Shown in pieces: positions 12,641-23,262 of a DNA stretch of 64,000 nucleotides. Source of the stretch: Podarcis pityusensis (Eukaryota); assembly GCA_964106645.2 (NCBI GenBank), contig OZ067038.1; one strand, given 5' to 3'. Within the stretch, counting starts at the first letter, position 1; every line of letters begins with the position of its first letter. Made by a program: the position numbers and the translations under genes. The notes below the pieces were generated by a model. The model saw only the letters and a list, made by a program, of their open reading frames with translations, was not told where the DNA came from and did no database searches.

Positions 12641-14249
12641 TTCATAATAAATTTCTGGTGACAATTTGGATTACAAATTGTAATGCATTTTTTTTTTTAA
12701 AAAAAACTTGCCTCTCCCTTAAGAATTTTTGTTGGTTCATTTGCAGAAAAGTACAGATACCATTGCCAAAATCCAAGCCTAGGTTTTTTAAGTGGTTTGG
12801 GTTTTTTTGCAGGTACAATCTGTATGTGCATAATCATGCAATGTGCAGCGCAATCAAAGTAATTGCACATGCAAATTATGCATAAGAAGAACTCTCCTAA
12901 TGTGGGCTTTAATATCCACATACTGTTAACAAGAGAACTGAGCTGTGTGAAAGCAGCTTTTCTTATTTAATTTACATATTTATTTTCAGCTGTTGGCAAT
13001 ACATTCACAATGTGGTTTTTATTGAAAAAAATTGCTCTCTGGTGAGTCTTTCTGCACAGGGTACACAAAACACACCCGATCTTTTGATCTTGCTCTCTTG
13101 CTTTGAACAAAGCCCACGAAAACAGGAGGCTCTGCTGCTTCTACCTCTCAGCTTAGAAACAGAAGCCGGTAATTAATTCCGCAGTATATTGTTAATGCAA
13201 AGACTCTCAAACTCATACAGCTGCCTTCTAACCAGAAGGACAATTTTCGTATGAGGTCAGTTTTAAAAGCAGGCCAACAAGATAGACATTTCTCTTCTGA
13301 TGCAGTGTTTTTGAATCAATGGGAGAGAGGATCCCCTGTTCCCATGAATAGCACGATTTGGGTGGCACCTACGCAAGTGACAGCTTACCCCTTCAACTTT
13401 TCCTCTTCCATCTCTTTGCCCTGATCTGTGGGAAACAAATTCTCCTGGCCAATTAAAACATTGCTATTTCTCTCTTTCCAAATCCATTTAAAAACAACTG
13501 AAACCGTTGAGAAGCGGGATCACGTATGCATTCACATAACTGTTTTAGACATAAGAGGAACATGTGAACTGTAAATTAACACGTGAACTGTTTTTGTATC
13601 TGAGATGCAAGTTCTGCTTGTGGTGTTAAACCTGTGCTGGCCATGAGATTGTAACTTTCCTGGAGTCCTTTCTCTACCGAGCAGCACCTCTTCAGTTCAC
13701 ACATGCATGTGAGCTGATCGATTCCTCCCCCGCCCCACTTGATTAGTTGACACTGGATAACACGCAGCTTGAATGTGTAAACTCACACCACTGAAAACCC
13801 TTCTGCTTGTGGTGATGTGATAAAGAAGACCCATCTGTGGTGTTAGATCGGACAGTTCACACATGCAGGTCACCATCACATCAGGTGACAAGCATGTTAT
13901 TAAGTAGATTTTTCTTTGCTCAGCTACATTTGTATATTCACTACAGACCACCTCAAAGGCAAGTCTTGGGGTGGGGATTAAAATCAATAATCAGTGTGGG
14001 GATTAAAATCAATAAAAAGTGTAAAAATGGAATGGGGAAAGGCTGGGGTTTTTTGGTTTAAAAACCCCAGCCCTTTTGGTATCATGGTATCACAGCAGGT
14101 GACCTGTAGGACAACACACACACACAAAAATAATGACAATTTTTGAGAGGTTTGCGGGTTATAAAAAAACCTATTGGATGTGGCCCGTAGGATAGTTCCC
14201 CCATGTGGAACGCTGCGTATCTATGCAGCCACATATTTTTCTGCCTCAG

Positions 14250-14498
14250 GAAGAAGAAGAAGAGTTTGGATTTGATATCCCACTTTATCACTATCCTAAG
14301 GAGTCTCAAAGCAGCTAACATTCTCCTTTCCCTTCCTCCCCCACAACAAACACTCTGTGAGGTGAGTGGGGCTGAGGGGCTTCAGAGAAGTGTGACTAGC
14401 CCAAGGTCACCCAGCAGCTGCATGTGGAGGAGCGGAGACGCAAACCCGGTTCACAAGATTACGAGTCCACTGCTCTTAACCACTACACCACATTGGCT
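14250..14498 (-). mobile_element. Squam3-like SINE with (CTT)n tail
   Basis: Three highly similar copies occur in the window. The tRNA-like head GCCAATGTGGTGTAGTGGTTAAGAGC is on the minus strand. Confidence 0.85.
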
Positions 14499-15694
14499 TA
14501 GGAGGACAATGATCTTCAAGCCTCCCCCCCCCCCGCCAGGCGCTGTATTCTACATGAATACAGAAAAGGATATGCCTGTCTTAAAAGCTGGTCGTCATGG
14601 AACCTTGCACCAACATTTATCTTCAGTGATTAATTTGAGTCAGGGCTTGCAGAATTGGCCCCAGAATCCGCTTTACAACCTTAGCTTCTCTCTGCCTAGA
14701 CTAACACCAAAAGTCAGGTCCAAATTAGAAAAGGAAATAAATAACTAGGCTTTCAGAGAGCCAGGCAGAAAGAATATGTCATGTCTGAATTAATCTGTGT
14801 AATGCCAAGGAGATGTGTTACTTCTTTCTGTCCTCATCTATCCCAAGGATGTCTGATATGGATTTGTGATTCTGATACCACAAAATCAATTCTCTCCATT
14901 TTTCAGGCCTGGTGGGTCTTTTTGTTGTTGTTCATTTGCAGCCGCTGTTCGTTCTTTTCTTCCTGTTTTGCTTGTCATTATATATACTTATCTGAAAGCT
15001 TATAAAAAAATTATTGGTCGTTGCTGATACTGGACAGATTATGCCTGCTTGGGGGTAGAAGCGAATGACACAACATGATGATAAACCTGCCATTTATGAT
15101 GCATCTGTTCACACTGATAACATTCAAACGATTCCTGGAATATACTCAGCACTGCAAATTCTTTAGTCATTTGAGACATTTCTGGTCTATGATTATGCAT
15201 ATAAACTATTTAACTCTGGCCATGTGCGCAGGGTTCTTGGAATCTCTTCTAACCGCGCTAGTGAGAGGTTCAGAATGCATGACATGTGCCACTAGAGCCT
15301 GCAGGTGGGCTTATTCAGATTTATGTGTCAGCAAATTATAGATACAGCTTTGCAGCAATGAGTAGCTCACAGCAGAAGTAATAAGAACTAGGCTTTGAGT
15401 CAGCTTCTCAGATTGTTCAGAGAAGTGTAAGTTCTTTCTGTTTGCTCCCTCACCTCTGTTTTGTGGACTGGACTGGACTCTGTTTTGTGGACTGTTATGT
15501 GGACTGGACTGAGAGGCAGAGGTTGGGCTCTGTAGCCCACCGCCATGCCAAAGTCTCTTTATGAGTGATCAGCTTCATGCTATTGCAGGTCCTTTCCTTT
15601 CCCCAGGGATCCTTTCCCGCTTGACACTGAAAATATAGGCAAAGTGATTTTTAAGAGTTTTGGTGGTCGTCGGAACACGCAGAGGATCCATGTA

Positions 15695-15850
15695 CAGTGG
15701 TACCTCGGTTTACGAACTTAATCCGTTACGGAAGCTTAATCCGTTCTGAACTTAATCCATTCTTAGACCGAGGTAAGTTCGCAAACCAAGACACTATTTC
15801 TGGTTTTGGGAGTTCGTAAACCAAATTGTTCTTAAACTGAGGTACCACTG
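15695..15850. mobile_element. Short Tigger-like MITE
   Basis: TIRs CAGTGGTACCTC / GAGGTACCACTG with TA flanks. Confidence 0.85.
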
Positions 15851-15905
15851 TATACTGGTTGGACTGGGTAGTTTCCTAAAGGTGCTAGCTTAGCCATATA
15901 CTGGC

Positions 15906-16190
15906 CATAGAATCAAAGAACTTTAGAGTTGGAAGGGACACTGAGGATCCCAGTGTTCCCCAAACTTGGGTCTCTAGCTGTTTTTGGACTACAATTCCCA
16001 TCATCTCTGACCACTGGTCCTGTTTGCTAGGGATGATGGGAGTTGTAGTCCAAAAACAGCTAGAGACCCAAGTTTGGGGAACACTGATTAGTCCAATTCC
16101 CTGCAGTGCAGGAATATACAGTTGTCCCTCGCAGGGGGTCAAACCTGCTACCTTGGCGTTATCAGCACCATGCTCTAACTAGCTGAGCTA
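15906..16190 (-). mobile_element. tRNA-Ile-derived SINE with CR1 tail, interrupted by a palindromic MITE
   Basis: The minus strand reads TAGCTCAGCTAGTTAGAGCATGGTGCTGATAACGCCAAGGT (tRNA-Ile-like) and later GTCCCTTCCAACTCTAAAGTTCTTTGATTCTATG (CR1 tail). Confidence 0.8.
15951..16086. mobile_element. Near-perfect hairpin hAT-type MITE (136 bp)
   Basis: ~53-bp arms CAGTGTTCCCCAAACTTGGGTCTCTAGCTGTTTTTGGACTACAA.TCCCATCAT with one mismatch. Degenerate relatives lie near 12100-12235, 30130-30245, 33170-33300 and 35530-35650. Confidence 0.88.
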
Positions 16191-17049
16191 CCCGTTACAC
16201 TCTTCTTTTTTATGTTGTACTCTACTTACCTCTCTCCCACTTCCTTGATCATTACTTGTTTAAAATAAGCTGTGTAGTTGAGAATGCTGTAGGCTGGCTG
16301 GTTGCTTTAGAGCACTGTGGCTTAACTCCCACGAAACAGACAGCTCTGGCAACACACAGGGCTTGTACATACAGGGAATCTGGAGAAGATGGGTTGACTC
16401 TTGTGTCCAGCAGTGACGGGCAGTTTCCCAGGCCCCAGAACAAAAACTGGAAGGTTGTCTCCCCAGTAGGATCTGGGGTTCCTAAGCACAGTGGGGGAAC
16501 TCCTGAGTAGTGGTTCGATCAGAGAGTAGTGCTGTGCCATCTCACGGGGTGAGTGTGCTTGGAAACTTATTGTGACAAGGCCATTTTGGGTGTGGAGAGA
16601 CTCTGAGCTTTCATTTCATTTTCATTTTTATGTCTCTAGCCCTTATAGAGTGAGAATTAGAAAGCAAAATGTGCAGGAACCCCTCTAACCAATTGCTTTA
16701 TGAGAAATGAGCGTGTCCTCACCTTCCAGTGTTGATAGTCAATGAATAAATTCAGAACAGTGATTGACAAGTGATATAGAGAAATCTGAGAACTCTCACA
16801 AACACATGAGGAAAATCCCCAAATAGCTTCAAAATAAACCAGGAAGTTTAGTTCTGTGGCGGCAAAGAAGTAGTATTCCTGGTGTGTGCCCATAGAAGTG
16901 GGAGATTTGCATCCAGTCCTATACAGACTTACCTAGGAGTAAGTCTCACTGAACTTAATAGATATGGATAGGATTGGGTTGCACATAGCTGCAATTTTTT
17001 CATCTCTATCTGCATCGTGGTAGGACTGACTCTTGTGGTAGAGTTTCCT

Positions 17050-17662
17050 TGATAATAATTCAATTTCCATTTGGGAACTGTTTTCATCCTGAAATAAAAA
17101 AATTAAGGTCTTATATATATAAAATAAATGTTTATAAATGTACCAACAAAGCATGTACATAGCTATGTGGACCACATGTCTGGAGCAGCACAGGAAGACC
17201 GCCCTGAAACCATTTTGACTCCCAAACTGACCAAATGTTTTCTCTGCAAGGAGGGAGGGGGTGAGGGAACCTTCCAATTGTCTCAGGAATTGGGAAATCA
17301 CCATCTCAAAGGAATGGCCAGACTACCAGGAAAGGCAATCAAATAAGGCATTACCAGATAACCTGACAGAAAGGAAAAACAGCAACATTCAAATTTCTGT
17401 TGTAGACCACCTATGATGTTTGGGGGGGGTGGTCTTGAGCTCCAGGGAAGGCAATTTAAAATGTCTATATAAAGGCAGGCACACCTTTGTTCTGGGTCCT
17501 CCTCCTTTCCTGCGTGTGAGGGGAGCACCCTGTTGCAACAGTTCAATAAAGATCAGGCTTACTAGCTACTTTGCTTCTCAATATTCTCTGGTTGGCCTCT
17601 GTTATTTTCTCCTACCGATGGAGAACCTACAAAGGACTTTATAAGGGCTTGTGTCCCCCATA
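17050..17662 (+). mobile_element. Putative ERV solo LTR (boundaries approximate)
   Basis: U3-R-U5 layout: TATATAAA at 17466-17473, AATAAA at 17545-17550, then a U5-like pyrimidine-rich tract. TG...CA ends and a TSD could not be pinned down. Confidence 0.55.
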
Positions 17663-17954
17663 AGGGAATAAGAGCAGATTTTGTTTATTATAATCCAGAG
17701 ACGGGTATCTAAATTAACTATACTGTTAGTGACTGTGGGATCTGTGTAAACATTTGGCCTCTGAATTTTTTGCTCATCAGTGCTACAATTTTGCCTGTGC
17801 TGCATAAACACCTCCAGATATTGTTGCTGTTTCCCTGTATACTTAATAAGTAGATGTGACTTGAGGTGAATAACAGTGAAGCACTTTGTTTATGTACGAA
17901 ACAGCTTTCTTTTGTTTTCTTTCATCTCATACTTCTCATTCTTTTCTGTTGCAG

Positions 17955-18011
17955 GTTCTTAACCTGGAAAGAAGACTGTTGCCTCTGTACAGTAGAAGCT
18001 AAATCTTGTGT
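17955..18011 (+). other. SLC8A3: 5' UTR portion of the SLC8A3 large exon
   Basis: A long pyrimidine tract (~17905-17950) followed by GCAG|G, then 57 nt with no ATG before the start codon. Confidence 0.85.
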
Positions 18012-19780
18012 ATGGCGTGGTTAAGGTTGCAACCTGTCAGCTCAGCCTTCCTCCGTTTTGGGCTCATTACTTTTGTCCTTTTTTTACATGGTCTGCAGGT
18101 GGACGCTGGCACGGGGGCAGATCCAGCCAGCATAGGACAAAACAGTACATGCTCAGGTTCCTCGGTGTGCAAGGAGGGTGTTATCTTGCCAATATGGTAC
18201 CCAGAAAACCCATCTCTGGGGGACAAAATTGCCAGGGTTATTGTTTACTTTGTGGCGCTGATCTATATGTTCCTCGGTGTCTCTATCATTGCTGACCGCT
18301 TCATGGCATCCATAGAGGTCATTACTTCGCAAGAAAAAGAGGTCACCATCAGGAAACCCAATGGAGAAACCACCACCACCACCATCCGAGTTTGGAATGA
18401 AACTGTTTCCAATTTGACCCTCATGGCTCTTGGTTCCTCTGCTCCTGAGATCCTCCTGTCATTGATAGAGGTCTGTGGCCATGGATTCATTGCTGGCGAT
18501 CTGGGACCTTCAACCATAGTTGGCAGTGCAGCTTTCAATATGTTTATTATCATAGCCATCTGTGTCTATGTCATTCCTGATGGCGAGGTGAGGAAGATAA
18601 AGCATTTGAGGGTCTTCTTTGTCACTGCAGCTTGGAGCATCTTCGCCTATATCTGGTTGTACATGATCCTTGCGGTTTTCTCTCCAGGCGTGGTCCAGGT
18701 ATGGGAAGGCCTCCTCACTCTGTTCTTCTTCCCTGTTTGTGTCCTCCTGGCTTGGATAGCAGACAGAAGGCTGTTCTTCTACAAGTATATGCACAAAAAG
18801 TACCGTACTGACAAGCACAGAGGTATTATCATTGAGACTGAGGGGGAGCACCCCAAAGGGATTGAAATGGACGGTAAGATGATGAACTCTCACTTTCTGG
18901 ATGGAAACCTAGTGCCTATGGAGGGGAAAGAGGTGGACGAGTCTCGCAAAGAGATGATCCGGATTCTCAAGGATCTGAAGCAAAAACACCCAGAGAAAGA
19001 CTTAGACCAGCTGGTGGAAATGGCCAATTACTATGCCTTATCTCATCAGCAAAAGAGCAGAGCGTTCTATCGGATTCAGGCCACCAGGATGATGACTGGA
19101 GCAGGAAATATCCTTAAAAAGCATGCAGCTGAGCAAGCCAAGAGGAGTGCTAGCTTGCATGAGGTGCGGCCAGAGGAACCAGAGGACTTTATCTCAAAAA
19201 TTTGTTTTGATCCTTGCTCCTACCAGTGTCTGGAGAACTGTGGTGCTGTCCTCCTAACCGTCGTTCGGAAAGGAGGAGACATATCCAAGACAATCTATGT
19301 GGACTACAAAACGGAGGATGGCTCTGCCAATGCGGGGGCTGACTATGAGTTTACAGAAGGGACGGTTGTCTTGAAGTCAGGGGAGACCCAGAAAGAGTTC
19401 TCTATAGGGATCATTGATGATGACATCTTTGAGGAAGATGAGCATTTCTTCGTGCGCCTCAGCAACCTGCGGGTGGTTGAGACAGACGAACCTCCTCCGG
19501 AGCTCAATAACTTGCCATACCCCAAGGCCATGCTGGCCTCTCCTTATGTGGCTACTGTGACTATCTTAGATGATGACCATGCGGGCATCTTCACCTTTGA
19601 GTGTGACGTGATACATGTCAGTGAGAGCATTGGGGTAATGGAGGTGAAAGTCCTTAGGACATCTGGTGCCCGAGGTACAGTCATAGTCCCTTTTAGAACA
19701 GTAGAAGGAACAGCAAAAGGAGGTGGAGAGGACTTTGAAGATGCGTATGGGGAGCTGGAGTTCAAGAACGATGAAACTGT
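18012..19780 (+). CDS. SLC8A3: Sodium/calcium exchanger 3 (NCX3), first large coding exon: signal peptide, TM1-5 with alpha-1 repeat, XIP, CBD1 and start of CBD2. Partial CDS; it continues in exons not seen in this window.
   Basis: The translation MAWLRLQP...CKEGVILPIWYPENPSLGDKIARVIVYFVALIYMFLGVSIIADRFMASIEVITSQE...GSSAPE...GSAAFN...RRLFFYKYMHKKYRTDKHRG...DDDIFEEDE...LEFKNDETV matches the NCX3 paralogue-specific N-terminus and loop. The acceptor is a polypyrimidine tract plus TTGCAG| ending at 17954, and the donor GTAAGT is at 19781 (phase 2). The true start is the ATG at 18012, not the TTG at 18006. Confidence 0.98.
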
Positions 19781-20215
19781 GTAAGTACCTTGCTTTAATT
19801 TCTTCAGAGGTCAACTATTTATTTAACTCCAGAATTTTCTTCCATCACAGGTAAACAAGGGCAACATGTAATGGACTGTCCTCTTTCCCTTCCCTCTAGT
19901 CTCCATACTTATCTCCCCCCAGGCAAGAACCCTACAGCAGGATCTGGGCTTTTCTGCTCTCCTCCTAGGAATGAATAAATAGGGCTGCATTTTTCTTTAA
20001 TGGCCTAATGGGAATACCTTTGAAACTTTACTTGAGTATTGTTAAAATTGTGACAAGATTAAATTCCAAAATAAAATTGGGGTCTTGGTCTAGATGAATA
20101 TTCCCCAAATTAATTGTCATTGACTCATGCTATTATCAAATTGAATGAGTTATGGTTGTAGGACTAGATCCTTGGTCATCATACCCTGATCTTACTGGTT
20201 CATCTAATCAGTTAC

Positions 20216-20367
20216 AAGATTCGGGTAGGTAGCCGTGTTGGTCTGGCGCAATCAAAATAAATTTTAAAATTGTCCAGTAGCACCTTAGAGACCAACTAAG
20301 TTTGTTCTGGGTATAAGCTTTTGTGTGCATGCACACTTCTTCAGATACAATTTTTAAATTTTTTTTT
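20216..20367 (-). mobile_element. Penelope-like element fragment carrying a minimal hammerhead motif
   Basis: A 14-bp duplication ATCTAATCAGTTAC at 20202-20215 and 20368-20381. The minus strand contains CTGAAGAAGTGTGCATGCACAC(A)AAAGCT. Confidence 0.8.
20311..20348 (-). ncRNA. Minimal type I hammerhead ribozyme motif, probably inactive (GAAA>AAAA)
   Basis: GUAU-CUGAAGA-A-GUGUG[CAUG]CACAC-AAAA-GC-UU/AUAC gives stem I, the CUGANGA core, stem II and a palindromic AGCU stem III. Confidence 0.7.
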
Positions 20368-23029
20368 ATCTAATCAGTTACTTTCTCCTCTGCTTCTTTC
20401 CAGCCCACAAATTAATCACTATTCCCTGCAATAATGATAGTTCAGTTTGAGTCTGAGTAACACATTGGTCGCTTCAAGAGAGAGATAAAAGCTTCTAATT
20501 AGGTTTTAAGAAATATGGTAGGAAACCCAAGCAGTTTTCATGTGCTCCCCTGCAAATAAAATTCCTTTACATACCAAGGGATTTCTACCATCTTTGATGA
20601 TGCACATTGCAATTATTCCTGGGAACAAAATCTTCTGCTAGCCAAGTCTACAGCAATGTACATTCCTCAATAAGGTTTGGTAGCATGACCACCTCTGATC
20701 TACAGTTTAAATTAGCAAGATATTTTAGATAAAGTTGGAAGGTGGAAAAATCTGTAAGATGCCTTCAGTGTAATCATCTCTTTTAGCTTGAAGCTTAAAA
20801 CAGACACAGCTTTATTAATCACACATTTAATTTGTTATACCTTCCTCTTAATAAAATACATATTAAGGCACCCTCTCTAGTAGATCTATTATGCTGCTCT
20901 ACTTGCCCTGCCTCTGTTGATTCCTCTGTCACTGTGAGGGTTTGTTAGTGAATGCAAGAGGAACAGACCATACTGAGCTAGGTGCTCCAATGGTCTGACT
21001 TGGTCTCAGGAAGCTTCCTATGTTCCCCTGGGCAGAGGCATTTTTCTCTTTCACTCGCAATCATATAATTGCATTTTCTGTGACTGTCCCATGACATTGC
21101 AGCAAAATGCACTAGACATGTTAACATTTTCATGCTTAATTAATAGTTCTCTAATTTCCATTATGGAAAAAGCCGATCCTTCAGGAGGAGATTCTGGATG
21201 CTGTGCCATATTAAAAAAAAATGGCAAATGGCAACCTGTCATATGCAACCTAAAGGTCACCTCTATTTACAAGAAAAGAGTGGTAAAGCGAAACAGCTAC
21301 AACTGCAAGTTGTTTTCCTTTAGAATTCTAAGTTGCTCTTTTCCAAGTCAGCACTAGGTTAGCTGCATTCACAAATGCCCCCCCCCCCCCCAATTGTTCT
21401 CAATCAAATAGGTATACAGGAAAAAATTAAGAGTCAGGAAATGGAGTTTGCTCTGTCCTGGAGATATTGCCTGCCACTTAGGAGACAATGACCAGAGATG
21501 ATTGCATGGGATGCTTTTCCTTAAGTGGCAAAAGTTTGTGTATCATTAAAATATTTAAAAAGAAAAGAAACCATCCTGAATCCTTAAAAATGTTTATCTT
21601 GGGCAGAATATAGGGATAAAAAGACCCCTGAATCAAACTTCAATTCTCTGGGAAGCAGACGGATCCTGCTGCTGGGTCTTGCTTATTGCTTCTGTAATTC
21701 CAGTATGGTCAAAGTTTCCTCACCCATATTTAGGGAGGTGGGTTGGGAGAAATTATTTCTCTGTTGTTGGTGGAAAGGTGATCTTCTGTGTAACTCTCTT
21801 GTTGAAGGAGTGTGGAATTGAGGGGAGTTCTAATTTCTGTGACTCTGCAAGCAATCCAAATCCCACAACCCAGCTGTTCTACACAGGTGGGCTGGTACTG
21901 CCACCGGTGCCAACCCATTGATGGTGTGCAGCTTATATCACTGTTGCTCTACCTCTGCAGGCTTCCTCTTAGTAAGCATGGAACTGAGTTCATTTTGGCC
22001 AACACAGACTAGTGTTGACTTGTGTGGTGGTGGTGGACACAGTGGTATCCTCCTGTCAGCAGTGTCTCCAAGCTCATTGGATGGGATGGGGCAAGTTGAG
22101 GTGGCAATGAGGTCACAACTATGCACAGACCTGTGAGGTCTGCACCCTGGTGCTCCCCCCTTAAGCAGTCCCATCCACCATATTGGGTTGGGGCCTATGG
22201 AAGATCAACTAGCCTCATCCAACAGCTATAATTCTGCTGCCACCTGCTCTGCTCTATCAGCTTCAGAGCTGATTGGCAGGTAGCTGTGAGGTCTAGGACA
22301 GCAGTGCTCAAGCCTCTACAGATCCTATGTGCTTTATCCTTTCTCAGAGAATCCTGCCTTCTGGTGAGGAGTGCTAGGCCACTGGAGAGCACCCAGGCCA
22401 CTGGAACCATTTCCCTCTGCCCCTGCTCCTTGTTGACGTGGGCCTCAGGCAGCCCTTCTCATATCCCTCTTATTCCATCCCCATCATTAGTCCAGGTTAA
22501 TGCACTGAAGTGCCTTTTGGGAAAGTAGCATGCTCAAACACATTAGACATTTGGATCTTCTTCTTCTTCTTTTTTTACGTAATCCATTTAATAGTTCAAG
22601 AGCCAATTCTGCAACATTGAATAGCTGCCACGTTGCCCCAAGTAATGCCGCAAAGGGCAAATGTGAGAACTACATATATTTAGCAGGACTTGTGCTGTCA
22701 CTGCGATGCCTGTGAACCTGCTAGATGAAGTTCCATTTTCTCCAGTAATTGATTTTAAAATTCAAGCCGCTGTTTTGGAGGACACATACATCACGGCTTT
22801 CCAGCATGGCAGATTTCCAAACATAGCAACTAGTACAGAAGAAGCACCCATAGATTGGGCTGATTTATTTTTCTCTTTTTTTAATCATAGAATATGAGCA
22901 AGGATTTGGGGTGCAAATCAAACTGGATGCCCCTTGTTGTCCCTTCCAACTCTACAATTCTATTACTTTTTAGCCCACTGGATGAAGTGACCACCACTGA
23001 AACTTTTCATCAAATCTGTGTACCAGTTC

Positions 23030-23262
23030 TATGGATTTGATATCCCACTTTATCACTACCTGAAGGAGTCTCAAAGCAGCTAACATTCTCCTTTCCCTTC
23101 CTCCCCCACAACAAACACTCTGTGAGGTGAGTGGGGCTGAGGGGCTTCAGAGAAGTGTGACTGGCCCAAGGTCACCCAGCAGCTGCATGTGGAGGAGCGG
23201 GGATGCGAACCCGGTTCACCAGATTACGAGTCTACCGCTCTTAACCACTACACCACATGGGC
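23030..23262 (-). mobile_element. Squam3-like SINE
   Basis: Near-identical to 14250-14498. Confidence 0.85.

Noticed and set aside
16380-16555. Possible non-coding SLC8A3 exon ending at GGG|GTGAGT (16549)
   Set aside because: A good donor alone is insufficient; no clear acceptor or promoter support is visible without transcript data.
18006-18011. ORF-track start at TTG 18006 and end at 19784
   Set aside because: The homologous start is the ATG at 18012 (MAWLRLQP), and the stop at 19782 lies in the intron donor, so the ORF is an exon rather than a complete gene.
17999-19814. Antisense and alternative-frame ORFs overlapping the NCX3 exon
   Set aside because: These are shadows of the coding exon with no recognisable domains.
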